Shown piece by piece: positions 40,801 through 53,900 of a stretch of DNA of 64,000 bases. This stretch comes from Tubiluchus corallicola. Its lineage: Eukaryota > Animalia > Priapulida. The stretch spans positions 1 through 64,000 of the forward strand of contig JAQGDQ010000139.1 in assembly GCA_030141605.1 (NCBI GenBank). Direction: 5' to 3'. A program made the translations under genes and the position numbers. Under the pieces are notes generated by a model, which saw only the letters and a list, made by a program, of their open reading frames with translations, made no database searches and was not told the origin of the DNA. The number at the start of each line of letters is the position of its first letter. The stretch's first letter is position 1.

Positions 40801-43800
40801 GATTGCAAAAATCAGTATGCCAGAGACAACAGCCTTAGTACTTCTTCTATACTTCTCGGTTTAATACTTCTTCACTCTGGTATGACATGAAACTAATAAT
40901 GGCTACCATACTCTATACTAAATGGTGTTTTTAACACCCGAAATCATGCAATTTTTACCTATTTGAGAGTAATAGATTATATTTATTTAGGTTAGTATTT
41001 AATATAAAATGTTTTAGATTTATTTTAAATCTAAAAATAGTATGTTCACATTTCATATAGTCTACTAGAGTTCCAAATTACAGGGGCATAAATTTGATGA
41101 ACTGCTTAGCAACATTTGGTGCGAACATATATGACAATATGCTGGTTATAACCAAATACCTCTCATTTAACACAGGCAAAACACCAGTTAAAATTTTTGT
41201 TTGTTGTTTTTAATCAATCTATATAATAACTGATCCCTGATTCAAGAAATAGTTGTAATTTCCTCTCACTTAGCACTGGCAAAACACCAGTTAAAATTTT
41301 TCTTTGTCATTTTTAGTCAATCTATTTAAACAAGTGATTCCTAATTCAAGAAATAGTTGCAATTTTCCTAATTAACTGACAGATGCTTAAACGTTTAGTA
41401 ATCTTACTAGTAGAACACGTAAATAAATGTGTAATAAAATAATGATAAAATATATAATGAATTTCATATCCCGATATAATGTTAAACACCAAGCAGTGAC
41501 TCCTGTAAAACCTGTGTCGTTGCTTTGTACAGACTTTATTATTTTAAATTTTCATCTTGTAATTAATTTTTTAATATCTAATTAAATGTCCGCAGAATAA
41601 AAATTCAAGATCATGCTAAATCTAACTAAATTAAATTAAATTTTGTAACAGACTAATTAACTACGCTAACAAGGCACAGGAAAATTAATAATAGACACAA
41701 TTTTATACAACCTGGTTTTTCTTCTGCTGGACTTTCCATATACTTGAAGAAAGCATACAGAGTACTGCCGTCTGGTATATCATAATGATTCAGAGTTTTG
41801 CTGTTCTCTAAACACTGACCAGCAAATGTAAGAACTGAAAATACACAAAAGTTCCGGTGTAAATCAAGCGAACTTCTGCTCAGCACTTATTTGATTCTGG
41901 GCTTCAAATAAATATCAGCTAATTTAACAGATGTTTATTTACATGCAAGAGGGTTTGTAAATACTAACAACTTGGAATTTTTTCAAAAACATTTACTAGT
42001 TTCATAATAATGTGATGACAGGATCAAAATATTTCTACTGTTAATATCTCGTTAGAAACAGAGTTGCACTTTTTTGGCTATTGATGCATGCTTAATTCTA
42101 ACAGTAAAATTAGTTTTGATGTAGAATATTTTATGGGCCATGCACCTGAACCTTCAATAATATACAGTAGGCACCGCTTAATAGACTCACTGTTAATAGA
42201 CTCAATCACTTAAAGGAAAACCAGATGATTGTGTAAACATGAGTTCTGAATAAAGAATGCTCCAAAATATTGAAAACTACAATAGCTTATTTTAAATCAA
42301 AGCTTAGATTAAATAATAATTACCTAGGAATTAGTGGCTCAGTGAATTTACTAAGATTGGCAGCGGCGCCTTTTTGTCACATTCGCGTGGCCGACAAAAA
42401 GAAGGCGGTACCGTGATAAGCATGATCAGGAACTGCTCTGTTAGTTTCTGACGTCATATGATCTAGAGCCCATTTTTCGTGAGATCATGCGTTTAAGCAG
42501 TACTGTAACATCTATGCAAATGTGCTTGACATAGGCCAAAGGTCCTCAAGTCACTTGTCTTAAAGTCTGGGTTAAACAATATAATACTGAAACTAATTAA
42601 ATTACTGAACGAAGCTACCATTTTCACAACCAGTAATAAGAAATAAAACATGGGCAAAGCAGGAAGGAAAGGGCTAGTTTAAAGCACGGAAACGATAAAC
42701 GAGACGATGAAGTGGGTGAAATTTTGGTGTTCTCAGGTAATCAGCATACAAGATAAAGATCAGATTGATTTGCATATATAGTGTTCTCTGCTTAATAAAT
42801 CCACCTATGGGCAAAGCTAACTGGATTTATTAAGTTGCTGAATTTATAGACTGAAGAGACCTAGATTAAGTAGATTGAATTCTTACTTGAAAACATTACT
42901 TAAGAAGTTATGAGTGCTCACATATAAAAAATGCTGTAAACGCACTCATTTGAAAGACTCAACATTGAGGGCATTAACAATATTGCTGCCTAGGTTGTTA
43001 CTTTTCTGCATTTCGTGGTTAGAGAAAAGCGTTTTCTTATATTTGTGCGTGAATACTGAACATGCAGTTTTCACTATGACTACGTATATTTCTATGAGGA
43101 TTTTCAAAGAACTCATTCGGATCCAAGACTGTGTTCTCACTCATTATCTTAAACATGTTGAAAAGATCTATTTTCGTGAGAGGGGTGGGAAGGCTGCTAA
43201 GCTTTGTAACTCGTTCATTCACTCAAAACTGCCGCTAGAGTTTACCAGTTAACAGTAAACACAGAAGCTACAAAATAATGTCGTTAAATGTCATGACGTA
43301 CAGTGTGTTTTTAATTTTACAGTGAATTTCACAATATTATTTGTTTTACAGCATGTTATTTGATTATATTTAGTGGCGCACAGCAGTGGATAAAAACAGT
43401 TACTTCGTGCAGACGTGAAAATGAAAATATTACAGTAAAACGCCTATTGTTCGTCCGTTTTCTCGACGGTGACACCAACTTTTGAAAAGTATATTTTTCA
43501 AAAATATGACGTAGATTGCCATTTTCTTTACATCAGTATGCAGATAAAGGATGTATCTTTCTGTTGGAGCCTTGCTTCAAGTGATATCGATTTGTGGGAT
43601 GTGAAAGTGATTGAAAAGAACCACCTAATCTGCAAACTACACCTAATTTAATTTTGTTTTATTATGCCATAATTCTCGACCCTCGACAGAAATTGCCAGT
43701 GCCGTACTTGAGCAGCCCATGTACGGCATTCATCATCATCATACGCCCGTCACGTCTATGGTAGACATTGGGCAGGCAGAATTCTAAAATAAAAGAAATC

Positions 43801-44251
43801 TGCCTTTAGACACGTAAACGCAGCAGTAATCCAGCAAAAACAAAATAGACAGTGCTACGCCAGTGACTTGCCAGCACCACTTCCGTATTGCTTTGTACGG
43901 CATTGCTTTTACTTGTTTTAGTTTTACGCAAATTTAGGACATGCTCTTTAGTGGAAGTGTCCTACTTCGGCTAGTGGCGTACTCCGCGCCCTACACCAAG
44001 TATACCTTTCACTCATTCCATTTTCGTCTATAAAGAAAATGTTCTCACATATATAACTTTTCCAGTTGCCATATTATGAATAATTGCCCTTAATAATAAG
44101 TGGATTTGATTATTCATTTACCAACGTTTTCTGGAAGACCACAGTCAACCTTCTTAACAACATTTCGCTTTACTGTCATAATTGATGATAGGCTGTTCAC
44201 AGCTTCCAACCTCACCCTTCCTTTCTGGCCAGAATAACGAATAAAATACAT
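22715..44251 (-). CDS. UBL7: Ubiquitin-like protein 7 (N-terminal UBL, C-terminal UBA), 9 coding exons, about 340 aa
   Basis: Exons 44251-44122, 41834-41712, 37329-37250, 36333-36249, 34670-34503, 31927-31863, 30286-30206, 26953-26786, 22837-22715 join in phase (1023 nt). Peptides LTFAGQCLENSKTLNHYDIPDGSTL, LDNIVGATPGLANNPIAMG, MSDDED, ITTSQLASAL and QLQLLREMGITDDAMSLRALEVTNGDVQAALELLF parallel human UBL7 in order. Confidence 0.9.
23817..25895 (-). mobile_element. Decayed Buster/Charlie-type hAT transposon (ZBED8-like transposase) in UBL7 intron 8, interrupted by a LINE fragment
   Basis: TIRs cattggttcacaact / rc cataggttcccaacc; 8-bp TSD acctaggc / acctagac with central TA; transposase motifs HCMIHWQMLA, IKSSALNNRLF, NLLFYTQLRSSLRG, NRTLKGKDTNL. 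Confidence 0.85.
24356..25243 (-). mobile_element. LINE 3' fragment inserted in the hAT transposase
   Basis: Splits the transposase between EMGVD and HINLLFYT; A-rich 3' tail near 24360; decayed post-RT-like sequence. Boundaries approximate. Confidence 0.55.
26786..26953 (-). CDS. UBL7: UBL7 exon 8
   Basis: ttttatag|TVQSTSS...ISAAAFEMAMQQALAS...QERQ|gtgtgc, phase 0/0. Confidence 0.8.
27125..29210 (-). mobile_element. Decayed LINE ORF2 (RT) in UBL7 intron 7
   Basis: NGVKQGAVLSPMLFGLYID and YAEDL (YADD) RT motifs, LQFGFK-like region near 28250, many frameshifts. Boundaries approximate. Confidence 0.85.
30206..30286 (-). CDS. UBL7: UBL7 exon 7
   Basis: tttttaag|DAVHFSQITTSQLASALAAVSGSTVPQ|gtaatt; an alternative in-frame acceptor exists near 30266. 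Confidence 0.8.
30870..31462. mobile_element. MITE-like element with inverted catttggg-repeat ends
   Basis: catttggg-type units on + at about 30885-30940 and in inverted orientation (cccaaat units) at 31370-31460. Confidence 0.45.
31863..31927 (-). CDS. UBL7: UBL7 exon 6
   Basis: tttgtag|(A)SYSLDRMSDDEDDGSLTQDSQ|gtaag. Confidence 0.85.
33477..33682. repeat. Dispersed repeat, copy 1 (copy 2 at about 37887-38092)
   Basis: ctcctgggaagttgagcttatt...aattagtaaa...gcttggac...aaaaatggc...ccaggt shared between the two copies in the same orientation. Confidence 0.75.
34503..34670 (-). CDS. UBL7: UBL7 exon 5
   Basis: tgtag|(G)IMYDSVLVEMFAEPENLRKMVDIHPEL...TR|gtatgt, phase 1/1. Confidence 0.88.
34807..35474. 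repeat. 35-bp minisatellite, about 19 copies, in UBL7 intron 4
   Basis: Unit caagctgaccaagaggtaccatgcaaatggcatag; period 35 (34807, 34842, ...). Confidence 0.97.
36249..36333 (-). CDS. UBL7: UBL7 exon 4
   Basis: ttttcag|VQYILNDKKVLDNIVGATPGLANNPIAM g|gtaact. Confidence 0.9.
37250..37329 (-). CDS. UBL7: UBL7 exon 3 (ends at a GC donor)
   Basis: ttttctag|(E)SMNDMELKEIVSRLQSLMLNPVSRRQ|gcaagt. Confidence 0.8.
37490..37830. repeat. About 40-bp minisatellite, 8-9 degenerate copies
   Basis: Unit tttactggtaagtttgctaatgaatactgttaacacacag at 37531, 37569, 37609, 37649, 37689, 37729 and onward. Confidence 0.92.
41175..41370. repeat. Diverged tandem duplication of about 100 bp
   Basis: ggcaaaacaccagttaaaattttt...tcaatctat...ttcaagaaatagttg occurs twice. 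Confidence 0.8.
41712..41834 (-). CDS. UBL7: UBL7 exon 2 (UBL domain second half)
   Basis: ttttcag|(V)LTFAGQCLENSKTLNHYDIPDGSTLYAFFKYMESPAEEKP g|gttgta. Confidence 0.88.
44122..44251 (-). CDS. UBL7: UBL7 exon 1 (start codon)
   Basis: aaaaATG preceded by an in-frame TAA; MYFIRYSGQKGRVRLEAVNSLSSIMTVKRNVVKKVDCGLPENV g|gtaaat; phase 1 matches exon 2. Confidence 0.7.
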
Positions 44252-44596
44252 TTTTGTTTCTTATCAACGGTCTTAAACCAACAATTTAACATATGTTGTG
44301 CATGTTCACTTGTCTGCAAAATATTGTTTTCTGGGAACCTTTTTTTTAATATTTTTTGTCGACTTTGCATAGTTTGGCTTTCATGTTTTACCACAAATAG
44401 GAGTTTATCTTGATTTTGTAACAGTTGTAATTTTTTTAAATGTTTTTGCTACAAAAAATAACTGAAGACGTTGTCGTTGTTAACAATGACGTCATACGTA
44501 AACATGGAGAGCTGATGACAAAAATTTTATTTCTCAGTGTCGCAATCCGCTTAAATTGCTTTATATATTAACCATTTTTGCAAAATAATTGAAAAC
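44252..44596. promoter_or_regulatory. Probable bidirectional promoter shared by UBL7 and ARIH1, with a CRE/ATF palindrome
   Basis: Divergent ATGs at 44251 (-) and 44597 (+); TGACGTCA at 44487-44494. Confidence 0.6.
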
Positions 44597-44809
44597 ATGG
44601 ATTCAGAAGATGAATGCTTATATGACACAGATTCTGGAAATGCATCAGACAATGACGATGATGATTTCCCAATGCACATGGAAGAAGTTGAGCAAGGTTC
44701 TTGTCATGACAAAATCGATGTTGACGACTTTCATTATGAAGTTTTAACACCTGAAAAGATTGTCCAACATATGATCGATTGTATAAAAGAAGTCAATCAG
44801 GTGGTTGAG
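44597..44809 (+). CDS. ARIH1: ARIH1 exon 1
   Basis: [10 protein letters not shown]...[27 protein letters not shown]|gtatta. Confidence 0.92.
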
Positions 44810-47800
44810 GTATTAAATACAGTTATTACATTGATTTTTTTCTCTATAACATCAAATCTTTGCGTTGAAAAAGGCGGTAATCTTTGTAACCTTGATGTCT
44901 AACTAACCATATAAAAAGTATATTTATAAAATGTAAAAGCCGTTCTGTATGTGTGGGTGGGAGGGGGTGCCATTTGTGAGAGATTGCCTCTATATTGCAT
45001 GTTTAAAAGTTTTGATATTTTGCTTTGTAATGGGGTGCGCATGCGTGGGTGGACCAACAACATGTCTCCAACTTGCTCCCATAAGAATTTTCCTAATTTT
45101 TCTTGCAAAATATTCTTATTTATGTTAAGACTAATTTTTAGTGCTCACATTCGATACCTGTATCCAGTGTGTGTACATGGCTAACATTTTCGCAGCATTT
45201 TTAGTCTTGTAGAAGATGACGTTGTTTCTGTGATCAATTACCTTGTAATGTTTTATATAGTAAACATTGACAAGGAGGATCATGTCCTACTTGTATTTTA
45301 GATCTGCAACTGGTACTGGTCTTTGTGTTTAGTTTATTGCATTTAGGAAACTAGCTGGTGGAGTAAAAGGCATTTAAATTCTCAAATGCGTAATACTTTT
45401 TCTTTTATCAGTTCTATGTACCATGGAATCTGCTCAGTGTTTCCACATTTGCAAAATAGGAGCTACTGCTGATGGCAAAAACAGTAGTTGCTTTTTTATA
45501 CTTTTATATGACCTTTCTGTATTAGAGTATATGTACAGCTTTAAACAGGAAGCAACAACAACATTTTAGTATATGGCAAACACCTACACACACATTACCA
45601 GCTGCCTTACTTCTAATCCAGGCAGAGTCCAGTACAATATCCCTGTGGGCAGTGTAACAGTCCAGTAGCAAAAAACCATCGTGCGATCTCGAGCGACAAT
45701 TAAGACTATTATCAGCTTAAACTGTAATAGTCTTAAAAGCTTGGGAAAATTGCCGATCTACTGACAGTTAGATGAACATCCACTTGTTATTGCTGTTGCT
45801 TGTGAGTCAAAACTTGATGCAAATGACCGTACTTTCCCTACCAATTAGAACATTGTATGTAAAGGTATAAACCAATTTTGAGGTGTCCTGCTTGCTCTGT
45901 GCAAAAATCTCTCATATGCAGTACCCAGTTATCTCTCGAACATCAATGGCAAGAAATTAAGTGACCTGAGTCTTGAAAATGCTTGGTATAGAAACAAACT
46001 ATCTAAAACCACCAGGAGATCATATAACAGATACATCAATGACATCATGGGTAGATCACTCACAGAGAATCCAAATTACTTTTGGAGCCATGTAGATATC
46101 AGTAATACTGAACCTTATCGGGATCCCTATTCTTGTAGATGAAAACAACAACTATGTTTCTGGCAAGGCCAAGGCTGATGCACCTAATAGTCATTTCCAA
46201 GCACACAGTTCACACAGGAAAAATGCGATATACCTGAACTGCCTGAATCACCGTACCAGCAGTAGAAGGTCTACACGTTGGACTGGAAGGTGTTATATGT
46301 CAGCTTAAGTATGTCAATCCAAATAAAACCACAGACCCTATGAATTACCAGCTCACATTTTTCGTAATTTTCCCACAGAACTTGTGCACACCAATGTTAT
46401 ACAATATAGTTCATCGACAACAATCTTTCAACATTTCTGTATACCTAATGATTGGAAAATTGCTTGTGTTATTGCTATAAACAAAAAATGATCTACTTCT
46501 TCAGCTTCAAGTTATATACCAGTCTCATTAACATGTATAGCATGCAAAATAATGGAGCATATTTGCCTCTCACATGTCAACAACCACTCGATAACTATGA
46601 CATTATTGAGGGGATACAAATAACAAACAAGGCGATAAAGGTTGATACTGTACTACTTGATTTCACCAAAGCATTCAGTCTGGCCTCACATCAGCATCTC
46701 TTAGCAAAGCTATAATTTTGTGGTCCCAAAAGTCAATATGCTTTAATGGGTGAAATCATTTCTCTTTGATCGGATGCAGAAGATTTGCATTTCATGGTAT
46801 TCATTCCAGATCCATAAATGTTACATCAGGAGTCCCATAAATCTCAGTTCTTTGACCGGTCTTATTCCTCCTCTACATAAATGATTTTGGTAGTAGCATA
46901 TCTTCAAACATCCATCTTTTCGCTGACGACTCATTTCTCTATCTGTAGAGCTATATGGAGCAATCGGGATCACTACATTCTGCAACAAGATCTCTCATAG
47001 TTACAAGCATGGGGAGAAAATTGGCTGATGGACTTTAACATTAGTAAATGCAAGATTTTACCTATCACTCAAAAGAAAAATCCAGCTTACTACCCTTACA
47101 GTATGGCTGGCAAAATCCTGGAACATGTTTCTTTGCACACATGTACGGCATTATCATCAGCACCAATCCTTGTTGGAGTGAACATTACCAGGAAATTGCC
47201 TCTCTAGCAACTAGGACACTCAACGTCATTCACAAGATGCTGTACTCATGTTATTAACAAGTTAAAGAGATATTGTATCATACTCTGGTTAGACCGGAAC
47301 TAGAATATGGTCTCACAGCCTGACACACACATACTATTATCGTCACAATTTGTATGTAGTGATTTGTATGATAGTGTCTAAGATGGTTTCTGAACTTGGT
47401 TTTGAAATGTTCGAAATCAGGCACCAACGCAAACCATGCTGAAGACTCCACGACATATTGTATCACATGATAGACACCAGTTTACCAACTTACATTACTC
47501 TGTCACTCAAGGATAACAGCAAATTTGTCGAACCAGCAGCAAAAGGTATCATCTACTTATGTGCAATACCGCAGGACAATACGCTTGTGCAACACACCAA
47601 CTCCCACCAAACATCAGAGCAACCACATCCAGAGACTCTTTCAGAGCACTGGCAACCTTGCCTTACCTGTCTGTAAACCTAATCATGGTTTTTTTATTTA
47701 CGCTTGTACTGTGTTTGATTTTCTTTGTTACACCTCCAATTAGTGAGTTGTTTTTCTTCGAATTTATGCTAGTCGTGCACACCCCAAACTTCTAGTGTGT

Positions 47801-47881
47801 CGCATAGACTTTTAGAAGTATGCTGTTCATTGCATCAAGACTTTGTAATTATATGTGCGGTTTGATATAAAATTGAAACTC

Positions 47882-47977
<96 letters not shown>

Positions 47978-50900
47978 GGCGGGCGGGCGGGCGGGCGGGC
48001 GGGCGGGCGTGCGTGTGTGCAGTATGTAGACAGTATTTATTGGACTCACAGTTGATAGAATCAGTTGTGTAGTTAACTCAAAAACCTACTATGGATCATG
48101 TAAAATGTATATAAAAACTGTTAGCAATTGATTCATATAACTCTGCATAATTGACTCAATATTTTTGCTTGGTGTGCTTAAATAATAAGGTACTTTTGTG
48201 TGACAAAAGAGCTTTTGTTAATAGTTTATGTCATCTCTATTATCCTTTTGTGCACTATAATGTGCATATATGTTTTACAATTATGTTAAGTATGGTTTTG
48301 TTTGTAAGCAGGTGCATTTATCACAAGCTGATATGCTAGCACAACAGTTTTGCTTTGAATATGTTACCTGCTTGTCCGTAATTAACCTCGTTGTTTCTGA
48401 AAGCTAATGTTAATCTATTATACCAGCAGTTTGGTTTCGAAGCTTCTGCTGCTTTTCACGGTGATCATCACAGGAGAAACAGTAGCTCAGCTTTAGGTAT
48501 TTTGAGTGAATATGTGCAGCATACAGCAACGGATTTTCCATGTCTTTATCAGTATGAGAACTTTATAAACCAACTTCTTTGTGAAGAAGTGAAGCAACCG
48601 AGCTTACATGAATTTTTGTCATTTTTAGTGTAAATAAACAGATTTTTAGGATTTTTTTGTTAATTCACTTATATAAATTAGTATTCTTAAATAATTGCAC
48701 ATTTTGACACTAATTTGTTTCTAAAATACATTTAAAGCCTTGGCAGTGCATACTAAGCTGATGACGACGGTACATGTACTGTTGTTTTCGCTGATTTAAT
48801 TCTTTTGTAGATTCCGGCAACAACAACAAGAATTTTACTAAATCATTTCAAATGGGACAAAGAAAAATTAATGGAAAGGTGCGTTTTTTCTGAAAATTGA
48901 TGAGAAACTATTTTCTGCCATTTTTTGAACATGTCTGATTGTTAAATTAAGTGCATTTTAACTGCTAACTATAAAGAGATATGTTATGTAATAGACTGCT
49001 GTTGTTATATTGTTAATTAATATCTTTATTGTTGCCAACACTAAATATTTTTTCAATAGTTTTCTTTGTGAGACATCAATTTATATATCAAAAAGTAAAT
49101 TACTTTTTTATATTAATTATTTACTCAGTTATCTGGCAATTAATTCACTCAAAGTTTGATGGTCTTGGCTTCAAGTCCTCACGTGATCACAATTTTCAGC
49201 ATCACCTCTTTCTGTAACAAATTTGGCATCAGGCTAATTAGCAAGACTAATCACAGTTAAAACATCTCTTTAAAAACATCTTTCTTTGAAATTTTTTCAA
49301 GATGATGTTGTGCCTAGCAAAGTGAGCACAGTCTACTGGTATTTAGAAGAAAATCTTTCTTTTTGTGCCATTTGATAGTCAGCTGTTTATATGTCAATAT
49401 TAGAAGTATTTTTTCAAGGTACTACGATGAAGATCAGGAAGCTTTATTTGCCGAGGCTCATGTTATCAGCCCATACAGGAAGCCAACCACAAAGTCGGGC
49501 AAGGTAGGCACTTACATTTTGTCACTTGTCATTTTTATTATCTCATTGGATTGAATTACAAAAAATTGGTATGTAATTCCGACCAATATCATTTACTTGA
49601 AGCTTTGCTCATGAGTTTGTGTCCCATTTTGCTAAACCTAACTTTGTTTAAACTGTTATACTGGTTTGAGAGCTTGCTTGGCTCAATCGACTCTTATTTT
49701 CAGTTGCTCTCTGTCTGTCCTTTCTATATCTCCGAGCCTGTTGATCCAATTCCACACCAGAATTGCACAGCAATTGCAGTAAAAAATTTGGTTGCCATGG
49801 CGATAATGGTTGCTTAGGCAGCGAGAAAAAACTTTTAAACTTGGCACCTCTGGCTTCAAAACGTATCTCCTCCAAAACTATTGAGGTAGTGAAGACGAAA
49901 CTTGGTACTGTTGTACTTCGGATAATTGTGAAACGTCAAAGTGAAATTTTGGAATTTGTACAATGACCGCCATTATGATATCATTATTGCTTTTGGGCTG
50001 AGCTATTCTACCTTGATTCTAACCGTCGAACCACTGTCAGTCAACTGGGCTGTTTCTACATACGAACCTCGTTATAATGCCAGCTTTGCTATAACACCAA
50101 CTTTTGGCTTGTTCAGATTTCGATAATGTATTAAATATAGGTAATACTGCCAACCTCGCCTGTCACCATCCGCTAACTTGTGTACTGTGCCAAGAATCCA
50201 TTTTACATAGTAAATCTACTTCATTATAGTGCCAGCTAAGATAAAGCACAATTAATTGCTGATAAAAACAACCTTTGTATTGTAAAAGCAATGACCTCCG
50301 AACAGAAAAACAATTAGAGTGTTTAAATGAAGACTTGGGTTTCGTAGCAAATGACTGTGTGAAGGTGAATGTTGAGGTTTTGAGCAAGGAGCATGCATTT
50401 TAAGAGTAAAAGAGTTGCATAGTTATTGCTCAGTACTGAACTGATGTGAATTTAATGGCTGTGAACACAGGGCCAAGTGATGCGCTGCAGGTATTTAGTC
50501 TTAATTGTCCAGTATTGTTACTTTGCGAGCATGGGTGGGTACCTGCATATAAATAGAGAAATATTTAATTAACCAGTATTTCACCAGTATCTGCACGTTG
50601 TGTTATGTAAGTTTTGCAAGTACAGTAGGCACCGCTGAATAGACTCATGGTTGATAGACTCAAAAACGCTCGGTAATTGACTCAAATAACTCTGCATAAT
50701 TGACTCGATATTTTTCCTACACATATATCAATAAGACAATGTGACTAATAGCTTTTATGACTTTTATATCATCTTAGTTGGCTTTTGTCCTATAATATAC
50801 AAAGAAACAATAATGTTAAGTACTGTTTTGTTTGTAATCAGGAATGTTTAGCATACCCTAAGTATGCTAGCCTAATGGTGTGCTTTGATCGGCTGGTCCA

Positions 50901-53900
50901 CTGCAATTAACCTTGTTACCCAAGAATTCATGGAAGCTAAACATTTAATCACCTGTTTAGCCGTTTGCTTTTGAAGCTTTGGCAGTCCTTGCCAAAAAGT
51001 TTAATCAGTTAGATGATGTTGTTATGCAAGGGACCCAGGTACAGTACAGTAAGTACGTCACAATTATAGCAAGCTGGACCTTAGGCGAAGTTACAGACGA
51101 AGCTGCAGGAAAACACAGGCACCACAAACAGTTCAAACATGCCAGGCATAAGTATTTTACGAGAATTTGTGCATCATACAACAACAGATTTTCAACGTTT
51201 TTATCATTTTGAGAACTTTGTGGGCTACATTTCTTCGTGATAAAATGAAGCAGCCGACTTTGAAGGAATTTTTATAATTTTTGCAAATAAGTAGACTTGT
51301 CTGATTTAAAAATGTATAGTTTTTAATTTATTGCTAATTCACTTCTATAAATTTTTTCTAATTTTTAACTGTACAAAGGAATTTAGGCTTTACTTTAGTA
51401 AAAACTTTCTAATTGAACCGGCAGTAATATAAAAATTGTGGTTTCAGATAAATTATTTTTAATAATATAAAAGAAGAATGCAGTTACATCTGACTTCGAA
51501 GTATGGAACTTTGGCGTTTTTTATTTATTTAGAATTTTTTTAATGGAAAAAGGCAGGAGAGCTAGACTGATGCTTAAATTTTGCCCCAAACTCAAATAAC
51601 TAATCTAAGTTCCAGACCCAAAATAAACGTGAGATTGTTAGTGATTCACTTTCTACTTGTTTGCATTAGTTAATTGAAGAGAAACTAAGAACAGTTGGTC
51701 AAAATATATGCATAATTATTACCAAGATTTTACATTATGATATTTTGCAATGATTACAGGAGGTGAACTGTATTATTAAATTACATTATAATGGTAAATG
51801 GCCTAGCCACGTTTTAGTAAAAGAAATTAGTACATGATATAATATATATATTATTTTCTCGAAACTGCAGCTTGATACAAGTGTTTACAATACTATGTAA
51901 CATAGCAGTAGATCATACCTAATTATAAGGTCCTCAGGATATACTCGACAATGAGACTCCAGGAGATAACATAGCACTTGGAGGGCTATTATATTAACTC
52001 AACCTAATACAGGTTGGACGTAAGTTTAAATAAACTTCCAGGGAAGCTTGTTAGAAATTGAATAATTAGCTCAATGAATGGGCAGTTAGGCAAAACGCCA
52101 AATAATGATCTACAGTCTTATTCAAAAAAGGTTTTATGTTCATTAATAACCTGTTTACTTGGGTAGATCCAAGTATCTTGGGTAAATAGATACATATAAC
52201 TTCCTCGAGATACACCGTACTGGCACATTTCCCGATATGTATAATGTATGGTATGTGTGGTTATGTACTGTATGTATGTATGTATGTATGTATGTATGTA
52301 TGTATGTATGTATGTATGTATGTATGTATGTATGTATGTATGTATGTACCTATTTCTGCATGTATGTGCATACAAATGAACCACAATATTTTTCTGTTGA
52401 AATTCATTATTGTTTCAGAGGGCAAAAACATCAAATAGTTCAAGCACAGATGAGCTAATGTGCGAAATTTGTTTATTGTCTATGCATCCATCGGTATGTA
52501 TTCATACATTTTATATCACGAACCTTAGAGCCACATGGTAGCAAGAACTAAATAATTTCTTGCTGTTAAACTTATTTAATAGTATAACTGCTAATAAGTT
52601 TCAACTGGTTGGTTTAACCCTGTTTTTAATTCTCGTAATTTTCAATTCAAAGTGAAATTTTATTAAATGTTTTTTTTGCGAGTCTGTTTGCCATTTTTGT
52701 GTGTGTGTATGTGTAAGGTGATTTTGTCAGTATCATAAAGTGGTATTAGTTTTCTAGTGATACACTCTAGCAAATTTCTCAGTAGTAGTTAAGAGTCAGG
52801 CTGAGTGACTGAGGTGAGAGGAGTAGTTGAGTGTTCACGGTATATGCTTGCCACAATAGGTAAGCAATACTTGACCTAGTTAGTAAATAGATAGTATATT
52901 TTTAAGCTGTTTCGTCTACCATTCTCAGTCCTGCTGTTTCTCAGGTTGTGGGTAGTGTTGGATCATTAGTGAAATATCTGCATTTCGTAACTTAAATTTG
53001 TACTAAGTAGGATTAATCAATTTTTATTGACCTGTACGATTAATACTTAGTTTATGCGACTAAATAGCATTTTACTTATTATACCCCTCTTTTTTCTCCC
53101 TTCAGAATTTTGCTGTTGCCTGTAGTAGTTCCAATTCGGAGGTAAACCTTTCCTTTTATTTTTACTTTAATTTGACCTACCATATCCTAAATTTCCACAT
53201 ATAATTTTATAAGAGGAGTTATCTATAAATGTTAAGTGAAGATTAAATTACTTAAACGTATAAAAATTTTAAGATAATGACAGGGCTCGAAAAATCGGTT
53301 ACCCAGAGCATCCAGGATAACTATTTTTTGGCATTAGGAACTGTAATAACTTAGTAGTTTGTTTGGTTACTAGAGAAATCTAAACTGCGAAATATGTCCA
53401 AATAATTTTGGACACCATTTGATTATCTGGCGTCGGCAAACTTTTTCCATTCTTAATTACCTGCTTGTGATACAAATATACGTTAAAAGTTAATTTGCAA
53501 AAGCCCGTTTTAAAAACTAAGCAAATCGTCATACACATGCTGAGCTGCTATTACTGCACTTGAAAGCTTGCTGTTGATTCATGCAGAATCAAAGCCTTCT
53601 GCAAACTCAACCGTTTGCACTACACATAAAAGAATTTTAGAAACTTGTACCTGGCAAACCAGAAACCTGGCAACCACATCTAGCCATAGGAACACAAGAA
53701 CTTACCCTGTAGCTGCAGACAGGAGTGAGTGGAATACTCGTAAATGGTAATACCTCAGTGAGTACAATAGACTGATTGACAATTTGAAGAAGAAGAATTG
53801 AAGTTAAATTACTGTGAGATTTTTCTTGACTGTTTATGTTATGCTTATGCATTTTTCATATTTGTACTTTTTATATTACAGCACAAGAAAATGCTGTTCA

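Noticed and set aside
42321-43252. Alternative candidates for the first UBL7 exon and overlapping ORFs at 42914-43252
   Set aside because: No UBL-like sequence or suitable phase-1 donor; 44251-44122 fits phase, start context and length better.
47849-48072. ORFs with CVCV / ARTH repeats
   Set aside because: Microsatellite translations.
52118-52458. ORFs with CMYV / YIHT repeats
   Set aside because: Translations of the (TATG)n microsatellite.
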